Source of the DNA: a bacterium
Lineage (GTDB): Bacteria > Zhuqueibacterota > Zhuqueibacteria > Residuimicrobiales > Krinioviventaceae
Length of the DNA stretch: 64,000 nt
Reading direction: 5' to 3'
Assembly: GCA_963674595.2 (NCBI GenBank)
Contig: CAXXFV010000016.1
Location: forward strand, 480,001-544,000
Shown: positions 29,199 through 38,350 of the stretch, piece by piece
How positions within the stretch are numbered: the stretch's first letter is position 1
Layout of the letters: each line of letters begins with the position of its first letter
The notes under the pieces: model-generated
Databases searched by the model: none
What the model was told of the DNA's origin: nothing
Seen by the model: the letters and a program-made list of their open reading frames with translations, nothing else
Made by a program: the position numbers and the translations under genes

Positions 29199-32100
29199 AA
29201 ATAACCCAAACAGCTATAAAACGAGGCGTTACCTTTGCGATGATATATCTCATTGCTGTTGGTTTCGGCTTGTTTTCTCTGATTCGGCTGAAAGTGGATT
29301 TGTATCCTAAACTGGAATTTCCTGTTTTAGCTATAATTACTCAATATACAGGTGTCGGTCCTTTTGATATGGAAACGGTTGTGACCAAACCTGTGGAAGA
29401 AACTGTTGCTTCTGTTGAAAATGTAAAAAAAGTAACATCCACATCTTCTCAGGGTTTGTCTCTGGTTATGCTTGAGTTTGAATGGGGCACGGATATGGAC
29501 CAGGCAGAAATTGATGTGCGAAATAACCTTGAATTTATTAAAGATGTTTTACCCGAGGACATCAGTTCGCCAATGGTTTTTGCTTTTGATCCTTCGACAC
29601 AACCGGTTTTATATCTGGCTGTGTCATCGGATTTACACGGCCAGGCAGAAATACGACGAATTTCTGAAGATGATATAGAACCAAGAATAGAGCGTATTCC
29701 TGGTGTTGCGTCAGCATTTACTATGGGTGGTATGAAACGTGAAATTCGCGTTCTTGCTGATCCGGCCAGAATGAGAGCACATAATATTTCTATTGATCAG
29801 CTTACAGCGGCCCTTCGGGCAAATAACTTGCAGCAGCCATCAGGATGGATTGAAGATCCGCAGCAGGAATTTACCATTCAAACAGCCGGTGAATATGAAT
29901 CTGTCGATCAGATTGAAAATACAAACGTGGCTGTTTACAATGACGCTGTTATTCGAATCAAAGATGTGGCAAATGTTGTTGACGGTTTTGCCGAACAGCG
30001 ACAAAAAGTATGGAATAATAACAAACCGGCCGTAATGTTGATGGTACAAAAGCAGTCAGACGCAAATACCGTGTCTGTGTGCCGAAATGTTACAGAGCGT
30101 CTTGCAGATATTGAAAAAGAACTGCCTCAAGGTGTGGAAATCACGACGGTTATCGATTTGTCAACATTTATTAACCGCTCCATGTCTAACCTCGGTAATA
30201 CAGCCGTACAGGCAGTTGGTCTGACATTTTTAGTGCTTTTGTTCTTTTTACGTAATTTAAAAAGTTCACTTATTGTTGCGGTTTCTATTCCGGTTTCCAT
30301 GATATTAACTTTTGCTGTCATGGACCAGGCGGGTCTCACGCTTAATATTATATCCATGGCAGGTCTTGCCCTCGCGGTCGGTATGTTGGTCGATAACTCG
30401 ATCGTGGTGCTTGAAAATATTTTCCGAAACAGAGAGGCCGGACTTGATCTGAAAGAAGCTGCAGATAAAGGAGCCAGTGAAGTTTCCATGGCTATTACGG
30501 CTTCGACGTTAACCACACTGGCTGTATTTGTACCGGTCTTGTTTGTTCCCGGTCTTGCCGGCGAAATGTTTAATGACATGGTTGTTACGATTGTTTTTTC
30601 TTTAACCGTATCGCTTCTTGTTGCTTTATCATTAGTGCCGTTGCTTGCTTCAAGATTTTTAACATTTAAGGAAAAAATTACCAAAAATACTATTACAGGT
30701 ATAGAAAAGCAAAAATGGTATGCAAAACTTCAATCGATCTATCTTGGTGCTTTGAAATGGTCTCTTGCCCATCGTAAGACGGTGTTGTTTAGTACTTTTA
30801 TTATTCTGATTCTTTCCCTGATTCGGATGTTCACTCTTGGAGGTGAATTTATGCCGGAAAATGATATGGGATTTGTCGCTGTGGCGGTTGACCGATCACC
30901 GGGCACCAGTCTGGAAGCTATGGAAAAGAGTATGCATGAAATTAATTCCATCATCCTGGAGGATGTGCCTGAAGTGGAGAACGTTTATGCCAATTTTGGG
31001 CAGGGTGAAGGTATTATGTCGCTCTTTTCTTCCCGTGGATCAAGTGAAGGTGATGTAACCGTTCGGTTGAAAAATTTAAGTGACCGTGACCGGTCAATGT
31101 TTGAAATTCAGGACCAGTTGCGTGAAAAGTTTAAAAAATTGCCGGACGTTACGGCACGGTTTGAAGATAGAGGCAACAGTGCCATGTTTGGAACGGGTAC
31201 GGATATTGCCCTGGAAATTTTCGGACACGATTTATCTGTAGCTGAAGCGTTGGCAAATCAAATTAAACAAGCTGTTGAAACTATTGATGGTGTTGTTGAT
31301 GTTGAAATTAGTATTAAAGAGTCTGCTCCGGAATTGAAGATTAACCTGGATAGAAATCGTATTGCTGATTTAGGTCTCAGTACGGCACAAATCGGACAGA
31401 TTGTTTCTACCAGTATTTTAGGGACTGTTGCTACCCAGTTCCGTGAAGGCGGTGACGAATACGATATTCGGGTACAGTTGAAAAAAGAATCACGTACCAA
31501 TAAAGAAGACGTGGAGAATATTTTAATCATGACGCCGATGGGCAGACAGATACCTTTACGCGCCATTGCCCATGTTGAATATTCAACCGCGCCGAAAGAA
31601 ATTATTCGCGAAGACCAGGAGCGTATGGTCAGTGTGAATGTCGATATTTCAGGACGTGATTTAAGCAGTGTAACAAAGGACGTAAAAAACAAACTGAAAA
31701 CAGTGCCGGTTCCAAGAGATTTTCGTGTTGAAATCGGTGGAACAGCCGAAGAACAGCAGGAATCTTTTATGTACCTCGGTCTTGCCATGCTGGTGGCTAT
31801 TTTGCTGACTTATATGGTTATGGCTTCTCAGTTTGAGTCCTTTCTCGATCCGTTTATCATTCTTATAACCATTCCGCTGTCTTTGATTGGTGTTTCCATG
31901 GGACTGTGGTTGACGGGAACATCCCTCAGTATTATGGCGCTTATCGGAATTGTTATGCTTGTGGGAATTGTGGTGAACAACGGTATCGTGCTTGTTGACT
32001 ATATCAACCAGTTACGTGAAATCCACGGAATGGAGCTGATAGAGGCCATTTTGGAAGCCGGACGTGTCCGTATGCGACCGGTATTGATGACCGCTTTAAC

Positions 32101-32317
32101 CACGGTTCTCGCCATGCTGCCCCTCGGTTTGGGACTCGGTGAAAGTGGTGAAAGCTGGGCGCCAATGGCTCGTGCGGTTATGGGCGGACTGACCATGGCC
32201 ACGATTTTAACACTGGTGATTGTACCTGTTCTTTATGCCGTGTTTGAACGTTTTGGTATTAAAGTAAAAGCAAAACGAGAAGCCAAACGTAAGGCCAAAC
32301 TGGCCCGACAAATGTAA
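29195..32317 (+). CDS. RND efflux transporter permease (AcrB/AcrD/AcrF family)
   Basis: 1040 aa. GMLVDNSIVVLENI, GIVVNNGIVLVD, RMRPVLMT. ATGA-coupled to the MFP gene. Confidence 0.96.
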   Translation: MKITQTAIKRGVTFAMIYLIAVGFGLFSLIRLKVDLYPKLEFPVLAIITQYTGVGPFDMETVVTKPVEETVASVENVKKVTSTSSQGLSLVMLEFEWGTDMDQAEIDVRNNLEFIKDVLPEDISSPMVFAFDPSTQPVLYLAVSSDLHGQAEIRRISEDDIEPRIERIPGVASAFTMGGMKREIRVLADPARMRAHNISIDQLTAALRANNLQQPSGWIEDPQQEFTIQTAGEYESVDQIENTNVAVYNDAVIRIKDVANVVDGFAEQRQKVWNNNKPAVMLMVQKQSDANTVSVCRNVTERLADIEKELPQGVEITTVIDLSTFINRSMSNLGNTAVQAVGLTFLVLLFFLRNLKSSLIVAVSIPVSMILTFAVMDQAGLTLNIISMAGLALAVGMLVDNSIVVLENIFRNREAGLDLKEAADKGASEVSMAITASTLTTLAVFVPVLFVPGLAGEMFNDMVVTIVFSLTVSLLVALSLVPLLASRFLTFKEKITKNTITGIEKQKWYAKLQSIYLGALKWSLAHRKTVLFSTFIILILSLIRMFTLGGEFMPENDMGFVAVAVDRSPGTSLEAMEKSMHEINSIILEDVPEVENVYANFGQGEGIMSLFSSRGSSEGDVTVRLKNLSDRDRSMFEIQDQLREKFKKLPDVTARFEDRGNSAMFGTGTDIALEIFGHDLSVAEALANQIKQAVETIDGVVDVEISIKESAPELKINLDRNRIADLGLSTAQIGQIVSTSILGTVATQFREGGDEYDIRVQLKKESRTNKEDVENILIMTPMGRQIPLRAIAHVEYSTAPKEIIREDQERMVSVNVDISGRDLSSVTKDVKNKLKTVPVPRDFRVEIGGTAEEQQESFMYLGLAMLVAILLTYMVMASQFESFLDPFIILITIPLSLIGVSMGLWLTGTSLSIMALIGIVMLVGIVVNNGIVLVDYINQLREIHGMELIEAILEAGRVRMRPVLMTALTTVLAMLPLGLGLGESGESWAPMARAVMGGLTMATILTLVIVPVLYAVFERFGIKVKAKREAKRKAKLARQM

Positions 32318-32344
32318 TATTAAATTTAAAATATTTATTCTGTT

Positions 32345-32382
32345 ATAAAAAAAGACCGGTATAAAAGCCGGTCTTTTTTTAT
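32345..32382. terminator. Bidirectional rho-independent terminator
   Basis: A7-GACCGG-TATAAAAG-CCGGTC-T7 between the convergent RND and GH27 genes. Confidence 0.85.
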
Positions 32383-32419
32383 TTAAAAATAATTCGAAAT
32401 TAATCATGCAATTAATGAA

Positions 32420-34501
32420 TTACGGTACCAGTCTAATCAATCCTGCGCCATGTCGTAGTATAGACATTGTAAAATCATTTGAAAAAGTCCCCAAATCTTT
32501 TTGCCGCCATAAATCACGGACATTGTAGGAGCCGTCCAGATTTAAATAATCCCATTTAAAAGTGACCTGTTGTTCCCATTCACCGACATTAAAAAGACCG
32601 ACTGCTATGGAACCATCAGCCATGTTCTTTGCCCATATTTCCGTGTCGTCATCCTGATAAATACGTTTTGCCTGCTGTCCCAAAGGGTCCTGATCGACTT
32701 GAATGACCTCGTTGTTGCACAGGATGTTTAAAGTAAATTCATCGAGTTTGTTCATGTTCCCGCTGTATATCAAAGGTGCGGATAACAAACACCATAGCGT
32801 CATATAAGAGTACTGCTCACTTGGTGATAACATAAAACGGCCTTTATCCTCAGCTTTGTAGCCGATTAGAATATAATCGGGATCGTTCCAGTGACCGGGA
32901 CCGGCCCATTTTTCAAGTCCATTATGCGCAAAACCCAGCGTGACGAGATTGGTATACAGGCAATAGGGGGTCATTAATGCGCCAAAATCCAAAGTGGTCC
33001 TCCAACAATTTCCTCCGGCTTTTTCCGCCCATTCCCACACGTTGCCTTTACCATATTGGCAAAAGTTGAAAACAATATCCCGAGGTTGTTTTTTAAGCCA
33101 GGCGTTCATCGTATCATAGGGTTTTACGAGTTCTTTCCGGCTTTGGTCTTGTGCAATATAACGATATGAACACCAGTCATATTTAAAAAAATCAAAACCC
33201 CATTTGGCAATTTGCTTTGCATCTTTTTCTTCGTGCAAATAACTGCCTACATATCCGGCGCATGTTAAAGGGCCGGGTGTGCTGTAAATACCCGCTTTTA
33301 ATCCCTTGCTGTGAATGTAATCCGTCAGGGCCGACATGTCCGGGAAATGACTGTTTGATAGAATATATCCCGCTTCGTCCCTTGGTATTCCTGCTATCTC
33401 GGAATTGGTGCTGTTTTGCCTAACATATTTTAAATATGCTGAATTAGAAAATCGTTCACAATCGGTGATTTTAGAGCAATCTTCTAACAACGGATAGTCC
33501 TTTGAAGGCACAACCATCCAGCAGTCATCAATATTGATATAGGAATACCCATAATCGGCCATGCCGGACGATATCATTTGGTCTGCTGATTCGCGAATTG
33601 TTTTATCGGTAACACTCATTGTATAACTGTACCAGTCATTCCAACCCATGGGAGGCGTCAAGGCCAGTTTATCACCAATTTTTATAACAAAGTCCTTTTT
33701 ATCTTTGCCTTTACTGTTTTCGGCCTCTAACGTTACTGTGTATTTACCGCGTTGAGATACAGACCCTGTGATGATGCCTTTTTCCCTATCCAGACGTAAT
33801 CCCTCGGGAAGGTTTTTTACAGAAAACTTCAGCGGCCGAACGCCTGTTACCGGAATTTTGTACAAAAATGGAGAATTCGGTCGCGCGCCGTAAATAGCAG
33901 GACCATTAATGCGTGGATTTTTAGGTGGTTTTGGTGTGAGGATATAGGATTCTTCTTCCGGTGGGGTTACAAGCTCTGGTAAATCTCCTGCTGTAATAAA
34001 TTTAGCATCCGCCCAATCCGCCAGGTTGTAGGCATATTGGCAGTTATTGCCATCGTATACACGTGAAATTAAAGCAAGATTGTTTATTCCTTTAATGTCC
34101 AGATCAATTGTTTTCCCCTCTTTACCGGCATTTAGTATGCCGCTGTTCCAAAGTTCTTTTTTATCATCCAAAACCCGAAAAGAAATTTTTATGTCTTTGT
34201 CTATTACAGCGTCATCAACACCGACAACAGCCCGGAATCTGGAAGCGCTCCCTTTAAGATCAATATAAAAAATAGAGTGGGCATTTACACAAACCCCTTT
34301 ATCAAATTTTTTGCCGCCAATTTTGATTTTATCGCCGTTTATATTTTTATCGATCCCGAGTTTTTTCCCGCCGGCATACATCGCTTTGTCAAAATTTAAT
34401 GATGATAACCAAACGGTTTCATCAGCACTGAAAATTTTGCAGGGAAAAAGAAAAAATATGAAAAGTATTATTATTTTTACAAAATCATTTTTTTGTGTCA
34501 T
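32420..34501 (-). CDS. GH27 alpha-galactosidase-like glycoside hydrolase with NPCBM/NEW2 and putative Ig domains
   Basis: NPCBM (FRAVVGVDD, ADWADA), He_PIG (LPEGLRLD..KGIITG), TPPMGWNDW, IDDCW, nucleophile KYDWC, WRTTLD, WNDPD. Confidence 0.92.
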   Translation of the reverse strand: MTQKNDFVKIIILFIFFLFPCKIFSADETVWLSSLNFDKAMYAGGKKLGIDKNINGDKIKIGGKKFDKGVCVNAHSIFYIDLKGSASRFRAVVGVDDAVIDKDIKISFRVLDDKKELWNSGILNAGKEGKTIDLDIKGINNLALISRVYDGNNCQYAYNLADWADAKFITAGDLPELVTPPEEESYILTPKPPKNPRINGPAIYGARPNSPFLYKIPVTGVRPLKFSVKNLPEGLRLDREKGIITGSVSQRGKYTVTLEAENSKGKDKKDFVIKIGDKLALTPPMGWNDWYSYTMSVTDKTIRESADQMISSGMADYGYSYINIDDCWMVVPSKDYPLLEDCSKITDCERFSNSAYLKYVRQNSTNSEIAGIPRDEAGYILSNSHFPDMSALTDYIHSKGLKAGIYSTPGPLTCAGYVGSYLHEEKDAKQIAKWGFDFFKYDWCSYRYIAQDQSRKELVKPYDTMNAWLKKQPRDIVFNFCQYGKGNVWEWAEKAGGNCWRTTLDFGALMTPYCLYTNLVTLGFAHNGLEKWAGPGHWNDPDYILIGYKAEDKGRFMLSPSEQYSYMTLWCLLSAPLIYSGNMNKLDEFTLNILCNNEVIQVDQDPLGQQAKRIYQDDDTEIWAKNMADGSIAVGLFNVGEWEQQVTFKWDYLNLDGSYNVRDLWRQKDLGTFSNDFTMSILRHGAGLIRLVP

Positions 34502-34584
34502 ATCATATACTCCATATTTTTATATTTAGCAATACGGGGATTCATACCGTTACTGATAATGTATTGGGATGGATTTTTTGAGTT

Positions 34585-34806
34585 TTACGGCATAAATTTT
34601 ATAAATCCGATAATAAAAACGATCAGGCTGGCTACTCCCAAAATTATCAAAAGAATACCGGCAAATACGGCCCGTTTCCCTTCAACAAATTTTCTGTTTA
34701 AAGGATTTGAAAAGCATTTTGTTTTAAGAATAGTAATTCCGTTAAACGTAGCAAATATGAAAATGACAAAATATAAAAAATACCAGATAAAATCTTTTTT
34801 AATCAA
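34585..34806 (-). CDS. Small hypothetical membrane protein (2 TM)
   Basis: Two hydrophobic helices, co-directional with neighbours. Confidence 0.5.
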   Translation of the reverse strand: MIKKDFIWYFLYFVIFIFATFNGITILKTKCFSNPLNRKFVEGKRAVFAGILLIILGVASLIVFIIGFIKFMP

Positions 34807-34876
34807 ACGTTTTTGACCTTTTTTTAATGTTCTGGGTTACGTTTTTTTGTTATTATAAAAATTCCATGTATATAGA

Positions 34877-35383
34877 TTAAAGATAAGCCCCATGTGCCTT
34901 GGGTAATTTTTGATAATCCGGTTTTGATTCAATAACTGTTTGTATAAACATGGACAAAGAGTTTATTCTTTCAAATTCATCCGGATAGCTATTTATAAAA
35001 TGCCAATATACTGTTTTATCATTGTCCCCATATTTTATTCGTAATTGCTGCACGCCCGGGTCCGGGGAAATAGCTATATTTAGTGAATCATTGTCGTTCC
35101 AGTTTATCGAATCCGGCAGTGCAAAAAAGTCCGTTTCACTGACTTTGTTTAAAATTAAATTCTGTTCGTCTTTTGTCAGCCAAAAATCAATGGTTATTGT
35201 TCCGTCAATGACAAGGTCTTTGGTCAGTTTTTGTGTGAATGTATTTAATTGGTTTTTAAAGGAATATTTGAAATCAATTTTTATTTCCTGTTCAACAGCT
35301 TGAACAGATTGCGGATCGACATTTTTTGAACATGATAAAGCAACAAACACAAACAACAATAAAAGCCGGGAATACTTGAACAT
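34877..35383 (-). CDS. Hypothetical lipoprotein
   Basis: Lipobox ALSC. AGGAGG RBS. Confidence 0.7.
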   Translation of the reverse strand: MFKYSRLLLLFVFVALSCSKNVDPQSVQAVEQEIKIDFKYSFKNQLNTFTQKLTKDLVIDGTITIDFWLTKDEQNLILNKVSETDFFALPDSINWNDNDSLNIAISPDPGVQQLRIKYGDNDKTVYWHFINSYPDEFERINSLSMFIQTVIESKPDYQKLPKAHGAYL

Positions 35384-35576
35384 TTTTAACCCTCCTTAAA
35401 AAATAATTATCCCATGTTTTTAAACGGAAAAGTTTTGTCCTGCTTACCAATAGATCCTCTATCGGTATGAAAAACATATTTGATGAATATTACTAATTAA
35501 AAAAGGATTGTGCAAGAATTATTTGTTTTTGGCAGATTTGTAACAATATGAAAAATGACAACAGATGTCTTTTCTA

Positions 35577-35972
35577 TTAAATAAATTCTGCTTTTATGAT
35601 TAATGGCTCATCACATAAATCAGTACACCCTAAAGATATAACACTAAACCAGGGACCTATTTTATGCACAATTTTAACAGATGCTATCGATGTTTTTTCA
35701 AAACTCATTAGCGCCCCACTTACAATTGTCACGAGGAAAAAAACATTCAAAAGTATCATTGATGTTTTTTGTCCGATAACAAGAGGTTCTGTTTTATGAT
35801 GCAGGTAAACCATTCTGTCAATTAAAATGAGATTAGTAAGGGCAGCGAGTTTGTGGAGGGTAAATAACAATGAATTGTCCTTATGGCCCACTTTTGCAAG
35901 TCTGTAACCTGTTATCATAATCAAAATAAACAAAACAGCGAATAATATTGATTGATTGAAAGTATCAGGCAT
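35577..35972 (-). CDS. Hypothetical membrane protein
   Basis: Three to four hydrophobic segments with two His-Lys motifs (LHKL, VHKI). Lies 11 bp downstream of the hydrolase. Confidence 0.6.
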   Translation of the reverse strand: MPDTFNQSILFAVLFILIMITGYRLAKVGHKDNSLLFTLHKLAALTNLILIDRMVYLHHKTEPLVIGQKTSMILLNVFFLVTIVSGALMSFEKTSIASVKIVHKIGPWFSVISLGCTDLCDEPLIIKAEFI

Positions 35973-35983
35973 TCTTTTTCCTT

Positions 35984-36829
35984 TTAATGTGATACCATAA
36001 ATTTTTTAATTTTCGCAAATTGATCAATTATCACGTGCCCGGTGTCTTTAAGAATATTTATCTCTGAGTGGGGTAGGGCCCTTTCAAGCCGTTGCCCGGT
36101 TTTGACCGAGTCAATAAGGGCATCGTGGTCCCCGCCAAAATATTGTACCGGCGCTGTTATGTTTGCCAATTGTTCATCGTTAAAAATCGGTATGGCTTCC
36201 AGGACCGGTAAAAAGTGTTTGGAGATAGTTTCCTGAAATTCCAAAACTTTTGCAGGTACCTGCGTTTTATGGAAGATCAATCTGTTAAGCATCTTTTGTC
36301 CGGGTTTGCCCAGCATCATATAGAAAATGGCTTTTGCAATAAAATATTTTTTTGCCGGAACAATTCCGCCGGTCGTGAGAATGGACATGGCTTTAATTCT
36401 TTCGGGACAGTGCACGGCATAATTAAGAATGAACCAACTGCCCAGACTTATTGTGATAAAAGATGCTCTTTTTATGCCAAGCTGCTCGATCAGAGAATTT
36501 AACCATATATAGGGTTCTTCCGAAGCTAAAGTAAACCTGACCGGCTCACTCAGACCGGGTTCACCGGGAATGTCTACACAATATATACAGAAATGATCAA
36601 TAAAATCGGACACATTGCCCAGCCAGGCCGCGCTGTTGGAGGCTGTGCCGTGTATCATTACCAACGGTGGATTTGATGGACTGCCGAACCTCAGCACATG
36701 AGTTTGGGCAAACTCTGTGGGGATGAATAGCTGTTTGAAGTTGAGAACAGAATGCTCGGTCAACAGATTTTGATATTTGGATTCGACAATCTTTCTTCCT
36801 TTTTCAGTTTTGTATACTCGGTTATTCAT
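35984..36829 (-). CDS. Alpha/beta fold hydrolase
   Basis: IHGTASN, DIPGEPGLS, ISLG nucleophile elbow, GGDHD, GH. Start overlaps the upstream HTH stop. Confidence 0.88.
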   Translation of the reverse strand: MNNRVYKTEKGRKIVESKYQNLLTEHSVLNFKQLFIPTEFAQTHVLRFGSPSNPPLVMIHGTASNSAAWLGNVSDFIDHFCIYCVDIPGEPGLSEPVRFTLASEEPYIWLNSLIEQLGIKRASFITISLGSWFILNYAVHCPERIKAMSILTTGGIVPAKKYFIAKAIFYMMLGKPGQKMLNRLIFHKTQVPAKVLEFQETISKHFLPVLEAIPIFNDEQLANITAPVQYFGGDHDALIDSVKTGQRLERALPHSEINILKDTGHVIIDQFAKIKKFMVSH

Positions 36830-37286
36830 CATCATTTCCTTTTTGCCGGCAGAGAACATCAAAAGTGCTCAATATTCTGCTGACAACGTCCGGACTGCCG
36901 TAAAAAACATATTTTGCTTTTTGTATCTCCGGATAATAAAAAAAATCAAAACGGGATTTTCCATTTACTCCTTTTTCACTGTTTAGCATGGCCATAAGTG
37001 AATTAGAAATCCTGGATGCTTCTTCGGAATTTTGCTCTGTAATTTCAACAACAGCAGATACGTTGATTCGGTCTGCAATGGTTTCAAAGTTCGGCACCTG
37101 TTTTGGTGTTTGTTCCTCAGACAGTTCACCGTGGCAGTAGAGTTTCAAGTCTTCTTCGCTGACCTTCCAGGAACGTCCGATTTTTCTGGCTTTGATTTTT
37201 CCTTCATGAATAAATCTTAAAATCGTTTTTGGATGAAGGTTGAGGATTTTTGTCAAATCAGAAATAGAATATAGTTTCAGTTGCAT
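36822..37286 (-). CDS. HTH_17 (excisionase/BldC-like) DNA-binding protein with extra C-terminal domain
   Basis: LYSISDLTKILNLHPKTILRFIHEGKIKARKIGRSWKV winged HTH. AAGGAG RBS. Confidence 0.85.
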   Translation of the reverse strand: MQLKLYSISDLTKILNLHPKTILRFIHEGKIKARKIGRSWKVSEEDLKLYCHGELSEEQTPKQVPNFETIADRINVSAVVEITEQNSEEASRISNSLMAMLNSEKGVNGKSRFDFFYYPEIQKAKYVFYGSPDVVSRILSTFDVLCRQKGNDDE

Positions 37287-37315
37287 AATAACTCCTTGGT
37301 AATATTGTTGGTACT

Positions 37316-37380
37316 AATGTATAACATTAAGGAGTAATTGTCAAGTATTTTATGTAGTTTTAAGTAATATTAAGTAGTTT
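37316..37380 (-). promoter_or_regulatory. Promoter of the HTH_17 operon overlapped by about 10-bp-phased direct repeats
   Basis: Minus strand TTGACA (37339-37344)-N17-TACATT. Plus-strand repeats GGAGTAATTG, TCAAGTATTT, TATGTAGTTT, TAAGTAATAT, TAAGTAGTTT. Confidence 0.6.
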
Positions 37381-37534
37381 TGGGGCTAATGTTTGGGGGG
37401 ATGTTAAGTAAATTTTAAAAAGGAGGGACCTGTTCTGATTGTAACAGTCTTGACCTGGAAAGCGTACAGTGATTTAAAAGAGAAAACACTCTTAATAAAA
37501 AGTCCGTTTGTTGTTTACTTTTATAATAAAAATT

Positions 37535-38206
37535 TTAAGAAACTATTTTTTTGATTGCAAAACTGGGATTCGTACCTAACTCAGTTGTCAGGTATATAAT
37601 TTCCCAGTTGTATTTTACACAAAATTCATATACCGCCTCTATGACTCCAAATCGAATGACTTTGTTCCAGTTTCCCAAAATATAATCATGACCGGCAATA
37701 ATGCCGTTTTCTTTTACTTTATTTCTATAGAGTTCCAATTCTGATCTAGTATTATCGTATAAATGTGATGTGTCGATATATATCCAGTCAAAATAATGAT
37801 CAGCAAACAATTCAACAACTTTTGTTGAAAATCCAAAGTGTATTTCTACGGATTTGTTTTCGATATGTCGGGCAAATCTTTTTTCTACATATCTTCTTTT
37901 GGCCTGGTTATATCGTTTCGTGTCCCAACTGTCCACTAGATGCAGTTTTTGGGGATTGTTTATATTTAAAATCAGGTTTGAAAAATCGCCTTCATCAACT
38001 CCCAGTTCTGCCACAATTGCATTTTGGGGTAATTTTTTTAAAAGCTCTTCTCTGGTGGTGAGCAATTTTGAATTTTTAAGATGTTTGGTGTTTAATTCGT
38101 ACTTGGGGATTTTGGATGAAATTTGGGTGTTAATTTTTTTTACGACGGAAAGAAAAAAAAGTTTATAAAACCGTTTCAATATAGTCCTAATTAATCCAGA
38201 TTCCAT
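37535..38206 (-). CDS. Class I SAM-dependent methyltransferase (Methyltransf_24-like)
   Basis: AELGVDEG, LVDSW, FDWIYIDTSHLY, GIIAGHDY. Confidence 0.85.
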   Translation of the reverse strand: MESGLIRTILKRFYKLFFLSVVKKINTQISSKIPKYELNTKHLKNSKLLTTREELLKKLPQNAIVAELGVDEGDFSNLILNINNPQKLHLVDSWDTKRYNQAKRRYVEKRFARHIENKSVEIHFGFSTKVVELFADHYFDWIYIDTSHLYDNTRSELELYRNKVKENGIIAGHDYILGNWNKVIRFGVIEAVYEFCVKYNWEIIYLTTELGTNPSFAIKKIVS

Positions 38207-38350
38207 ATTTTTTTGACCTCCTGTTTATTGCTGTTTGTATATATATCTAAATACTTTTTAGCATTTCAGGATTCCCAAATTTTGATCTTTTCCAGAAAAA
38301 TTTTATTGATGTATATTGAGATGACTTGACCACTTGTTCTTAACAATATA

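Noticed and set aside
35621-35634. TTAGGGTGTACTG (minus strand), where the membrane protein's tail turns abruptly hydrophilic, as a possible IS-end scar
   Set aside because: No partner inverted repeat, target duplication or transposase was found.
36822-37286. Excisionase-like gene as a prophage or ICE marker
   Set aside because: No integrase, att site, tRNA or phage genes nearby. It is coupled to a hydrolase, so it is treated as a regulator.
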